A stretch of DNA of 54,984 nucleotides, filler included, from Sphacelaria rigidula (Eukaryota): the NCBI GenBank assembly GCA_964200075.2. It is 6 parts of 6 records of this genome, joined end to end, with 100 filler letters (N's around TTAATTAATTAA, not from the genome) between each part and the next. Parts side by side here need not be neighbours in the genome. Positions count along the whole stretch, not along the records: positions 36,726 to 45,805 come from CAXNAA020009351.1; positions 45,906 to 54,984 come from CAXNAA020009352.1; 4 more parts are not named here. One strand, given 5' to 3'. The position numbers were made by a program, and so were the translations under genes. Within the stretch, counting starts at the first letter, position 1, and every line of letters begins with the position of its first letter. Below the pieces are notes generated by a model. It was not told the origin of the DNA. It saw nothing but the letters and a program-made list of their open reading frames with translations, and searched no databases. This document shows positions 36,937 to 49,100 of this stretch, in pieces.

Positions 36937-37602
36937 GGGGTGGGCGCTTGTTCGCAGAACACCCGAAAAGCTCACTGAGTCAACCCCGTGTTTAAGTTTC
37001 CCACGGAAAATTCTGTCCCAGAACGAGACCCGAGAGGGGTAGAGTGATCATTTTGAGAGCTGTGATTGGTCACAAAGGTCAGTAGTCCACGCCCAGATGG
37101 ACTGCAGATGGGCTACTTCGCAGTCTACCCGTGTTTCCTATTTTGGTCTTCAACATTACCATTCAACCATAGATAACATGACCACAAGCAACGTGCTTTT
37201 TACTCCGCTTGTGGTTTTCGCCGCCTGCCTGATCGCTCTTGTGGGCCGGCATAGCTCCATACTGTCTGTGGTGTTGTGCAACACCAGGCAGAGACGTGAG
37301 CAGCATGCAGTAAACTGTTTTCAGTGGAGAGCGATTGCACGCTGACTGCTTCTTACCGTTATATCCAGCAAAGATATTTAACATACATACCGACTGCACG
37401 CATTTGACTGCAGGGTAAAAACGTGTCAGGGGTTGTCCGAGACTATTTGCTATAAGGATGCCCATTATTCACATGAGCATGAAAAATGTGTTTTGTGTTG
37501 TGAAAAAACACCTGTTTTGAACCCCTAATGTGGCACAGTCCATCTGGGTCCATCTATGGGGGGTTCGCAGTCTGAGGGTTAAGGGTCTGCTCAAGGAGGT
37601 GG

Positions 37603-37947
37603 TAGGGTTGAAAATTGCGTATCGAAACATCGAATATCGATCGCTATTTTCGGCAATCCTCAGGATCGGAATCGGGAGCTGGTAAGCCGATGCTTTCGAT
37701 ACCCAAACTGGCTCTCTCAGGCGCCCCGCCTACTAAAAAGAGGAGGGGGTCGTGCATTCACATAATCGATCCCGCCCATTTCTTGCGAAAGTGACCGTTC
37801 AAAAACACGTCAAAAGGTCCAGAAAACCAGAAAACCGGTTGTTTGACCGTTTTTCGAGTATCGATAAAAATATCGATATCAACGTTTTCTCGTCGATATT
37901 TTTCAAAATCATATCCAACATTTTATCCCGTTCGATTTTCAACACCG
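37603..37947. mobile_element. hAT-like MITE rich in ATCGAT/TCGA motifs
   Basis: 13-bp imperfect TIR (tagggttgaaaat / attttcaacaccg). 8-bp flanks ggaggtgg / gtaagtgg match at 6 of 8. Confidence 0.55.
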
Positions 37948-38249
37948 GTAAGTGGGGAAAAGTGGTTGTTGAGCGGGAACATTTTTTATGGTTTTTGAAA
38001 CCGGCAAATCGATGACTTATTCAAAATGGGGACAGGGGTAAGGCCAAAACACGCACAGAAAGCAGATTACAGTCGGCATCACCAAGCGCCCCTGTGCTAC
38101 TGCCGTAGGGCGAGATTGAACACCAAACAAGTGCTGTAGGACACCTCTAACGAGGGTATTGTACAAAGATGGGGTCCTCAACGTGTTGCTCTTGCCGGTA
38201 AATTTGTAACCAGAATTATTGTGGGATGCCGACAGGCTGCGACCTACAG

Positions 38250-40300
38250 GCGGAAGGCAATCTGAAATAGTATTAAAAGTAGAGGAGATTTTGCTGTGTT
38301 TTGAAATAGCTCAATGCCGCCCACGGGAAGTGGCGTAACTCTCTCAATCTTTGCCTTACGAACGACCTGAAAGCATAGTACGACAGGTTATATTCCAGGC
38401 CGTTTCATTGTCTCGAGCGTGCATTTGGGTGTGTACGGGGGGTTTATACGGGGCCCCACAGAAGCACATTTGAAACCTAAAAAGTAAGACTGTGATCCCT
38501 CTCTCGGAAATCGAAGACTCTCGTACGCCCCCCAGGACACCCACATGACTTATTTTTAACCTCAGGGTCGTTCTTAATACGCCGCAAACGTGCGCAACGG
38601 TGAATTCCCTACCCTGTTGCAGTGTGGATGACTGTTGTTGCGCCGCTTTTCTGGTGACATCCTCGATAAATTTCGTTGCGAACCAAGTCTGTCTACGCGC
38701 TGTTGTGACAGTGCCCTGAGGCTATGCAGCTACTGTGCTTCATTTGCAGCATCTTCGGCCATGGCGCCGTTGTCCTGCAGTGCTGCTGTAGATCCGGAGT
38801 GTTGGACTCCAAAACCCAGAAGTCGAGGGGTTTCGGAACAGTCTAAAGCCAGTATTAAAGTGATAGCTCCATTTTTTGCGAACCGGGACGTGGTTCTGGA
38901 GCGAATCCTCGACCAAGTTCGGAAAAACGCCCGACGGACAACGGAGCCTGGACGGACCAGGCACTCATGTTCCATAATTTCAGGTTCCTTGCTCAAGGCT
39001 GCTTCTACTCGTAAACAAAGAAAAATCTGATGGAACTACTTTTTGGTCATTCTGCGTCATTCTACGCCCCAAAAGAGGGCTAGGCGGATGTTGATGATGT
39101 TGGCACCTTGGAATGCCTTACTATACTCGTTGACGCGGTTCCAGAACACATTTACGGTTCCCGGGGGCCGCAACTGCTTTTTTGGCCGAACTTGCATTTA
39201 TTGTCCAGGGTCAAAAACGGTCAAGTCCAGAAGAAACTCACAGTGCCGATTCTCGATGTTTATTTTTGGCAAAAGCTCGAGCATCTCTATGATGGAGTCG
39301 GCGACTGAATTGCGTAGGTGCTTGTTAAAATGTACTCAGTACAAAATTGCACGTTGTTCGAATGTTCTGCCTATGCATCCAACTGTATGCAGACAGAACA
39401 GACAAAACGTACTGTACTTACTGTCTGTATTGGACGTTGATAAACTTTTTTTTTACGTCGTAGTGCATGTAGAACAGTAGGTACTGCAAGCCGCACGCTG
39501 CCCAGTTCGAGAAGTTGGCCGCTTTTTGTCGTTCTACGCTTGCAAATTCGCTCGGATCCACGCGAAAGGAACGAATCGGATTGAGTCAATTCCGCCGCTT
39601 TTTCTCGTTCGATCCATTGTTTTTTCGGTACGATATGCCGTCAGACTTGTTCAATAAATCAATGCAGCCGAACATGCCTCCATATTTACTTAACGAAATT
39701 GGGAGTGATGAGTCTACAGGCTGTCTTATTTAGGTATGGCGAAGAGATCATAGCATCTTGGGTCCGTCATGGTGCACTAGCTCCACCACAACATTATCAT
39801 GGCAACCGTGATGGAGCAGATGATGACAATACCGTGTTTGTTGGTACTGAGGAATCAGTGGGGACTGATGGTGATGGTATTTTCAAAGACGAATTGTCGG
39901 TTACTTCGGCGCTACCTCATGTCCTCGATGCAGTGCCTGATAGATGTGGCATAGTTCCCTGCGACAGGATGTATGCGATATTATGACTTCTTCACTGTTT
40001 ACGTGTAATCTGCGAAGTTGTAGTCCATGACCAAGTACAACTCCGCCTCTGAAAATTCACGCCTACCACGTCGCGTGAAGAACGTGAACCCTGTAAGAAG
40101 CAGTTGGACAAAAAACTCTTGTTAACAAAACTGCCCACCAAAAGGCTTTTTCTCCCACTAATTAATTTCTCAAACTCCACGAGGAGCAACCGTATCTTTA
40201 GCTCAGGGAATGTCTTTGTTTTTGGCCAGCGATAATGGGCCGCGGGGTTAGAAAAATCCGATCTGATGCATGTGGGTCCACGCCATTCATATTCCTAATT
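38250..40300 (-). pseudogene. Unclassified degenerate coding repeat (copy 1)
   Basis: 38250-38670 is homologous to 54170-54780 on another scaffold. Long stop-interrupted minus-strand frames continue to ~40300. Outer limits are approximate. Confidence 0.5.
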
Positions 40301-40389
40301 GCTTCACTTCATTTTTCTCGTTTTTGCGCTTTCCACCGCGAAGGTCCAAGACAGTAATGTTAGCTTTTTCGAGCGAGAATGTTTGTTGT

Positions 40390-40525
40390 TGTGCTGTCAT
40401 CCCATCTATTTTTGACGCCAGTCTCACCTTTCGGTATATGTGGGCGTATCAGCCGGGGTTGCAGGAGGACGGCCGACACACGATTTTTATTTTTATTTCA
40501 GTACTCCACTTCCCTTCTGCGGCGC
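40390..40525 (-). mobile_element. SINE family A 3' fragment
   Basis: 'gtcatcccatctatt.t.gacgccagtct...gtgggcg.atcagccggggt' matches 1770-1850. Confidence 0.7.
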
Positions 40526-40723
40526 AAATAACTGACACACCAATTAGATAAAGGTCCAACGGTTGTGAGGTGCTACCTTTGGCAACGTATACTCGACATT
40601 TCAAGGTATGCCTCTGCACCGCACCTACAGCCATCACGCTTGAGGTACTTTTCTTCAGTGGCCTTGGCGGGATACTGGTCGAACAGCGAGCATCGCAGTG
40701 AACGTTTCGCACGACTTTTTCAC

Positions 40724-42077
40724 ACGTCGGACGAGCACGAGTATGACTCGTGGCACTCGCACTCGTTGGGCTGCTCGTTGACCGTAAAAAATAATAGGGT
40801 CGAGTACTCGAGTCATTGCTCGTTGTGGAAAAAGTTAATAGGGTGAGCACTCGAGTCACATTGCTCGTTATGAAAAAATTAGTAGGGCTAGCACTCGAGT
40901 CATTGCTCGTTGTGAAAAAATTTAATAGGGCGAGTACTCGAGTCATTGCTCGTTGTGGGAAAAATTTATAGGGTGAACATTCGAGTCATTCCTCGTTGTG
41001 GGAAAAAAGAATAGGGCGAGCACTCGAGTCATTGCTCGTTTTGGAAAAAAATAATAAGGCGAGTACTCTATTCATTGCTCGTTGTAGAGAAATAAATGAC
41101 TCGAGCACATGAGTCATTGCTCGTGATGAACAACTTGAGTGGAGGAGTCAGCAATCCGACGAGCAAATAATTATAATGAGCTGTTGGACGATCTAGAACC
41201 TAGAATATTCAAGTTCATATGCAGATCTGCTCGTAACCATGTTTTCGTGAGATTGAGAGTAGAGGATACGATTGGAAGTGAAAAGCGGTCAATTGATGAA
41301 TGAATCGTCTCATTTCCGAAATGCCCCCCCACGAGGCCCGATATATTTTCTGTGGTAGCTTGCCCCTGAGGTCCTTGACATCCCTGAGTAGGATATGGAC
41401 GTGTAGCTGTAAGCACGCGCTAGTGATGGGGGCAAAGAAAAGCACACATGGAATAAAAAAATAACGCAAGTTAGAGCGAATGACCAAAGCCACTCTCAAT
41501 CGGCGCTCTACTCTCAATTTCACTAAAATGTTGTTAGATGTACAAGCGTCGAGCTCCAAAGCTCGTTTTCATTTTATTCACCCCCCCCCCCCCCCCCCCC
41601 CGCAGTTTTATTTTATCGGGGGCGAGGATTTTCTGTGTCGGCATATTTTAGGGGGGGTCAAAGAGNNNNNNNNNNCCTCCACTTTCCCTAAAATTGTGTT
41701 ATATGTACAAGCGGCGGGCTCCAAGCCTCTTTTTCCTTTTTTTCCCCCCCCCCCCCCCCCCACAGATCAGAGTTCTACTTAAGCGGCGGAGAGTATTTTC
41801 TGAGTAGTAAATTTATAGGGCGAGCACTCGAGTTATTGCTCGTCGTGCAAAAATGAATGACTCGAGCACATGAGTCACTGCTCGTTGTAAAAAACAGCAA
41901 TGGCTCGAGCACACGAGTTCTTGCTTGTTGTAAAAAAACGTAATGGCTCAAGCGCACGAGTCATTGCTTGTTGTAAAAAACGTAATGACTCGAGCGCACT
42001 GGTCATTGCTTGTTGTGTTTTCAAAAACATTCACGAGTGCACTCGCTTCGACGAGTAATGAATGACTCGTCCGACGT
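40724..42077. mobile_element. Non-autonomous TIR element filled with ~40-bp CTCGAGTCATTGCTCG repeats, with nested MITE A
   Basis: 12-bp perfect inverted ends ACGTCGGACGAG (40724-40735) and CTCGTCCGACGT (42066-42077). Arrays lie at 40790-41130 and 41810-42060. Confidence 0.65.
41235..41535 (-). mobile_element. MITE family A copy 3
   Basis: Both TIRs present. Reverse-complement homology to 22807-23106. Confidence 0.85.
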
Positions 42078-42349
42078 ATTGACTTTTTTATGCGTTCGTA
42101 TCGGGTACTCCCATGTTCTATCGTACCCACCAATACCCGTTTGCGTCGCATGACCTATGTCATGTTCTGTATGACGTGGCCTGTATGTCTCAAGCCAGCG
42201 AACGTGAAGGCGTTTAGTAGGTCTTGTGGGCTGAGGTTGGGTTGCCTCGCCCATGTTGTCAGTTCTGTCCACAACCCACGTAACACAGAGTAAGCTCGAC
42301 GCGTTGTATGTCACAAAAGGAAGTCAACCTCGTGGTGCGTTCGCTGCCG

Positions 42350-43320
42350 ATTTGTGAGCAAACCACTGTCCTAGCGTAGAAACGGCCGTGACCCATGTCC
42401 TGATGATCCTGACGCGCATCACTGCTCTCAAGGCCCACGTGGCGCGGTGGCTTTATCAGCGGTAAAGTATGCGTGGAGCTTTCAGCTTTCTATACGACGG
42501 TGGAGCGGTACCAAAGTTGTGTGAATTGGTAGTATGGGGTCTAGGAAGGTCTTACAGCAGATGTTCAACGGTTTATTGCATGCTGATGTGGGACGTCATC
42601 AGCTGTGCGCGTGGCGAGCATGTGAAGATGAGTGGCTGACGCCCGAACACTTTGAAGCGTTGATGTGAAGTATCGATAGAGCGCCTACCTACCCCAAGGT
42701 TAAAGCCTGGGCTGTTTTGCCCCCCGATTACATGCCGCCAAGAAAGCAACCGAATCAATACGACGATTCTGCGTGGAAAAAGTCTGGTGTAATACCAGCC
42801 CATCTATCTATGGGTCGAATTGAAGAGGCCCATTGGCAGGGCCTCAGTTTTTCCGGCAAACATGAACGGCCACGTGTCTTGGATCAATGACAGCATGGTG
42901 CACTCTTGCGTGCATCAGATAGAACGAGGCCGAAATTTGCTGCAGTGACCGATCTTGACGTGTCTTTTCTCAAGGTCGACTCATCTGTTCCATCATGAAG
43001 CAGAGCGGCGTATCGACAAGGTAGCAAATCAGGCTGTGCGGTCTAAGGTATGGTCAAGTTTGTTTATCGTATTTTGCTGGCCCACTGTACTTTTCGATTG
43101 TTCCACATACCAGGTTGTCCGCTCGTGCGTTTTCCTGTCTCATACAGTTTATTGCTCGTCGTACATGCAATTCCCGTATCGATTAGGATAGGATACCACC
43201 TGGTATGTCACCACGCTGATGAGAGTGTCATCGTCCATCACAAGGATACGTGAGGTCAGCATTGATAATTGGTGGTATTTCTAGCTTCAAAATCTGGTGA
43301 CTAGCCAACAAGATAGCTCT
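42350..43320 (-). mobile_element. Highly degenerate Ty3/gypsy integrase remnant
   Basis: Broken frames ..KLDHTL.., ..GWYYT.., ..VPLHRRIES*K.. are only weakly reminiscent of a gypsy integrase C-terminus. Confidence 0.3.
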
Positions 43321-43878
43321 TTTGGCGCGTTTCACCTGGGGCTGAGGCTGCATGTTGTATGTTGTATGAGAAGAGCACAAAGATTTCAACATTTACAACA
43401 TGCCCGTGTTGGTTGACTACCTTGAACCATTGTTACGGCGGATATCGACTGTATGTGTAGTAGGCGTTTTGCAGCACGCGTGGCAAGTGCAGTAGGTCTT
43501 ATTCCATTCGCATGTTGGTGTTGTATTCCAATCGGGCGTCCTTCACCGGAGCCCACCGCCCACAGGACTTCCATCACCCAGCAACTCTCGTTTAGCTATC
43601 TAGCCAAGACTAATTAATAACAGAGCTATCAGCCACCACTTGGAGACATCTCGCGTGTAAGTAAGTCAAGAGCACCTCTTCTGCACGTGAAAGTGAGTCC
43701 CTGCTTGGACTTGCGATGCAGTGCTTATCGGACTCGATGGTCTGTTACTCACGAGCTCAAGGGTCATTCCTCTCGACTGCGATTGTTCAATGTGGCCAGC
43801 CGCTGACCTCGTGTCACCCCGGACCGGGCGTGTTCTTTGAGAGTGACGCCAGTATCACCTCGTGATCAAACCACGACA

Positions 43879-45428
43879 GATACTCGAAAGGCAACGCGTT
43901 GAGGAATTTCAGGGGAATATGGTTTTCGCTCAGTCGTTCATGCTCCTCGTACGAGTTCACGTTACGTGCAGGTTCCTCCATCTCGAGCAGCTTCTGCTCT
44001 GAATCATCACGAACACCGATCTTGATTCCATCAAACTTTTCCAACAAAGCGGTTCTCGCCCCATTTGTTTTGGGGCGAAATACATCCTCGAGTTTTCTCC
44101 AAACCGCAGCAGGTGAGTGGGTTCTAAGCAAAATATTTTGCTCCCTCCTTCCTTCTAAACTAGCTACAAGCATTCGTCTGCTCCTTACGTTGGCTGCCAC
44201 TGTGTCCTTCCCATGTCTGTTGATACCCCATCGCTATCTCAGGATTACCGACATCTACATTATAAGAACTATTGCCGGCCATGGTGAACACCCAGTCAAT
44301 TCCTTCGCTCCTTGCGAAGTTGATCAGTTCGTGCCTGTATCAAGCATAATCATGCTTTGTCTTCCCTGAAAATTTTGGGACGTTCTGTCGAAAAGCGGGA
44401 ACCCCTGACACATTTCCACTCGTATCGTTAAGTTGAATTGACTCACGTGCGGGGACAAAACCTCTGGCTTCGTCACTGGTGGCCTCGTTGTCCATGTGGT
44501 CGCGCGCTCCATCCTCTGGAACAGCTTGGCTCCCGATGTACCGTCGCTCTCGTCGAACTCCAGCGCCACGCCGTTCCTCTGTCCTATTTATGTTGAATTC
44601 TCCCCGTTCACTGTGGGAACCTTCACTATCGAGGACGCCGTTGTTTTCGGCGCCCCCGACCTCTCTTACTGTCCTCATGTTAGCCATGTTACTCTGTAAT
44701 GTAGCTTGGCTTAGCTGCATATCACGGATGAGCTAAGCCAAGGAACTCATCTGACTACGTACCTCTCGCAACTCCTCTGTAACACCCTGCTCACCGATAA
44801 ATGTAGCAGGCCTATCACCCTCTTGTGCCATTCTGCCCAACCGGTTGTAACACTAGTGTATTCCGTGGCCCGTGGCGAAGGATAGATAGTTTTATCTTTT
44901 GTATTATTGGAGAGTGCGTAGACTGAGTCGACCCTATGACTGAGGGATCAGATGTTGAGAGTGAGCGCTCATGGCTGCTCGGTAGCTGCCATGAGCGGGA
45001 TACTGTAGTCACACACACTCGACTACCAGTACCCGCACGTCCGCATCATTCTATCCGCACGTGTGGATGTTCACTCAGTGTACCTGTTCACATGAACATG
45101 CGTTTGTCTCATCTCCGGGAAAGGGCGGGAGGGAGAAGGCGGGTCATCAGGAAATATGATGTGGTGCAACCGTTCTCGCGATGTCTCCAACGTGTTCGTA
45201 GGCATCGTTCTTCGTCCGTGAATGCCTATGTAACTGGCGAGAATCGTAGGTAGCACCCTCATCGCGTCTGGACGGAGGAGCCCTTTCATCCCCGTGTGAG
45301 GGGAAAAAGGGGAGGGGGGTAACTCTTTTTTATGTAAACACGGATGGTTACGACTTTCGGGATAGAGCCACCCTGGGGTTTCGGCGCAAGAACGCATGCT
45401 GGAGGGTCGATATAATCTTCCGTACCAC
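43879..45428 (-). mobile_element. Ty1/copia 5' end: probable LTR (~44820-45428) and degenerate gag
   Basis: The minus frame AAVWRKLEDVFRPKTNGARTALLEKFDGIKIG...KFLNALPFEY resembles copia gag (UBN2-type). A TG start lies at 45428 and a degenerate PBS-like ggtgataggcc near 44810-44820. The gag is cut at ~43878 by a TGTCGTGG-starting insertion. Confidence 0.75.
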
Positions 45429-45805
45429 ACAACGGTGTTGTGCCTTAACCAAATTTCCTACGGGTGGACAGATTTACAACACGACCGGCAGCGGGAGGCA
45501 GTGCGATGGAACAGGGAGCAGAAGTAGGTGATGTCGGCTCGCGACCAATGACCGCCGCGCCGACTACATCTGATCTGGGATCGCGTAGGATAAATGGATC
45601 GGGATCACTATGACCTTTGGAACAGAGCCACCAAGAATTTTCAGCGCAAGAACCCATGCCGTGGGGTGGACATCGTCTGCTGTCTCCAGGTATCATGCTT
45701 TCACGATACCTCTCGGGGGTGGACGGGTTTGCAGCACGATTCACGGCGGGGGAGAATGCGGCGGAGACGAGGTAGCAAGCATAGGAGGTCGCCTCTCCAC
45801 CAATG

Positions 45806-45905
45806 NNNNNNNNNNNNNNNNNNNNNNNNNNNNNNNNNNNNNNNNNNNNTTAATTAATTAANNNNNNNNNNNNNNNNNNNNNNNNNNNNNNNNNNNNNNN
45901 NNNNN
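45806..45905. other. Artificial scaffold spacer
   Basis: Same 100-bp spacer. Confidence 0.97.
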
Positions 45906-46010
45906 GGGTTGCAACACTGAAATAAAGCCTAGGGATTGATTCGTCACGAGTCGACGCATCATACTAAAACCAAGTAATTTCCAAACGAATCTTTATTTGT
46001 CCGACCCTTG
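45906..46010 (+). mobile_element. hAT-like MITE family C, right half
   Basis: Matches 51337-51442 and ends gtccgacccttg. Confidence 0.8.
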
Positions 46011-46148
46011 ATTTCTATGACGCACTCATCGAACGACAAAACTTACTGTCGAAACCTCGCAGAACGTCCCTGAATCTTCTCCCGCGCTCGAAGATATTCG
46101 AACCGCAATACACAGCCATACACGCCCTATGCATAATCTGTCACTCAC

Positions 46149-49100
46149 ATTAAGGAAAAGGACCCTCAGCTGCGGTGGGCAGAACGCGAGATTCACCACG
46201 GCCGCTGGCACAAAAACGCCCCAGTTTACCAGCATGGTGTTCTTGTAGTCGTTGTCCAGCTGCTCTCGTATGCTCGGCAGCGTTTTACCTTCCAGGAGAC
46301 CTAGTACCTGATCGCGTAGTGTTTTTGACAGCACAGATTCAGCGATACAACAGCAAGAATACGATCGGTTTGCGTTGCTGTTTTTCTACTCGCCAAACTT
46401 GAAGGCCCCCCTCGCTCTGTAGCCTCAATAGATCAATCCAATTCTCCCCCGGTGTCTGCCTGAATTTGCTCGTCAAGCATTGGATGAGCATCCCCACGGC
46501 CCGTCCACTGTCATCGGAATGTACTTTCTACGCACACCCTTGCGTTTTTTTTACGAGGGAGACTGGATTATCTGAGCACGTACCGTTGTCAAATTTTTCT
46601 GTTGGCATTTGAGCTCACAAAGTTCGACGAATAGAAGTAGCGCATATAGCATGAAACCCAACATGCGCCCACAGTTGGACAAATCTTCTCAAGTTCACTC
46701 AAACGACCACTGCAGTAGGACTCATTCACAGTGCAGCACAAGCGCGATCAAGAAAAACAGCATGTACCGAAAACTGACGGCCACGGTAGAGGCACATCAC
46801 CGCAGTATTTGCGTTGTTATAGTGCACGACAGTTATGCCCGTGAATGAAGGACTTACCGACCAAAAATCCGTTGTCAACAAAAAATATAATGAACGCGGA
46901 GGGATGTTGAAGACGTACTGAAGACGTCATAGACTGGTCGGCTCTGTGCCGAACCTCTGCCGAACATAACACACGCTCCATCCTAAGTTATCAAGGTTTA
47001 GTATGCGAAAGCTGTAACTTTTTCATCGCACTTTTTTCTCGAGTCAGGAAGCAAACCGGTCTGTGGCACTTCACACCCCCGTCAGTCACAGGTTTGTTGT
47101 AGAATGTACTATAGCAATAGCGCATTTCGTATGAGCGCCGTCGTCATTTCGAGTGACGCGTGTACTTGTGATTGATTCTGATTGGCCCATCCAGGTTTCA
47201 TTTCTTCTGCATTCGACTGACCGTGTAGTTGGTTGGTAGGTCCATTTTCTCAGTATATAGTGCCCAAAATCGGGCCCCATTCACGGGCATAACAGTCAAT
47301 GTGCGCCATAAACGATTGTATCTAGTAATAAGTGTTGCCATAGTGCTGCGCTAGACTGGTGGTCGAGTGCACAACAAAACAAACGCGAATCTCTAGAGAC
47401 GCACCCAGAAAACTCTTCAAACGACGACAGCATTCTGTCGAGTGCAACGGGGACCCTACAACGATATATTCATCACTATTATTTTTCATCATTATTGTAT
47501 TTGTCGCACTTTGGACCCCTCCCCTTCCTCGGGACGAGTCCGTGGTCTCAAGGGATCAATCAGCCCATCTCTCCCCCGGTACACGCCTTGCATTTTGGTC
47601 TCGCGGATTGGATCATGACTAACACTCCCGCATCGCGTCAACTCTCTTTAAAAAAAAAAAACGGTCAACTACTTTGTGTTTACTTCCGTAAACTCACGCT
47701 TTCGACGTGAGAAAATCTGATACTTCGAAGAAAATAACCAACGTATCAGGAATCGTACCCACGTTCTCTACACACTAAGGTTGACAGTCGGACCATTTCA
47801 ATTTATACCACCAGGGCGCGGTAGCAATGGTGCCGTTCCATAAAGTGCGGCGCCCTACCATGGTCCGGTCAAAACCGCTCGTCACTATTCGCTACACTAC
47901 TATCAAGTCATTGTGATGCAACGGCATAGAGCGGTGTCCTCCCCTTAATGCGGTCATGCCGAGCTGGCAACCCACCGCGCCATGGTAGGATCCCCAACTA
48001 CTGTATGGCGGTCGCACTAGTGAACACGATAGGCTCACAGTCAAATATACGCACCCCGAAAATGATGACGGTGAAGATGGGCGCCTGCACGAACTGGTCG
48101 ATGACGACCTTCACAGCCGTTGTGGCCGACAACGGGTCGGGAGTAGGTGGTAATGCCCCGTCCAGCAGGACATAGAAAAACTGCAAGTTCGGAGTTGGGT
48201 GTCAAGAAAACGCGTGCCACCGCGATAGAGGACGCGAAAGCGAAAACAGAAACAGAGAGGGGGGGAATGGGGAGGGTGTGCTCGTGATCTTGCATGCGGT
48301 AGTCATATGACTTTTGACCTCGCACGGGGGGTGTACTCATGATGTACTCATTGACCTCGCACGGGGGGAAGGGGGGGGCAGGCGAGGGCGGAAGAATGAA
48401 GCGAGAGAGTGACAGACATAGACAAAAAGCAGCGACACAAGGGTGGAGACAAGGCCACAAACATGCAGAATTAGGCACAGGGGCAGACACGCAGAGGAGA
48501 GAGAAACGTATACTGGAGGTTGGTACCGACAGGCAAAAAACAGGACCGGTAACTTCTGTAATGAGGCGTTCCTTTAGAAAAAGGGATCGGTGGATATTTT
48601 TTTCCCGAAGTAACCGATGCAGCCGGTGCTCGGGTACTCGCAATTTGTTTTGCACTTGAAGACCAAAGGGCGATCCCCAATAAAATGACCAACTCCGTGT
48701 CACTTTACATGAGGGCATGCCGACCGGTTGATATCCTATCCAGCGAACTTCAACACATTTATTCGTGACCTTTTCGGTGGGAGAACTGGTGAACGGTGGA
48801 TTAAAATAATCCCGGCGTACTATTACCGAGCGATGTGGCGTTTGCGGGTTGAGGACGGTATGCCATTTAACGGTAGCTAAGCGAGGGTAACGGCAGTCTG
48901 GTATTTTATATATGTACCCCCCCCCCCCCGCGGGGGCAATGGTGGGGGCAATGATGGGGTCAATGGTCAGACGACTAAGGCAAGCAACACATGAGAACCC
49001 CCCCCCCGCCCCCCCCGCGGGGTGAAGAAGAACGAGATACACCAGGAGTCGAGTGGAGGAGGAAGTAAAGGCACAGAATTGCCCCTGTGGCAAAGTACTA

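Noticed and set aside
40790-41130. CRISPR-like appearance of the palindromic ~40-bp repeats (also 38-357 and 18600-19510)
   Set aside because: The linkers are related to each other or are simple A-tracts rather than unique spacers. The repeats are degenerate, there are no cas genes, and the context is eukaryotic.
41520-41770. Local duplication across the 10-N gap (similarly 2520-2660 and the A-rich sequence after the poly-G at ~3410-3600)
   Set aside because: These look like low-quality read ends beyond G/C or A homopolymers overlapping at a contig join, i.e. an assembly artefact.
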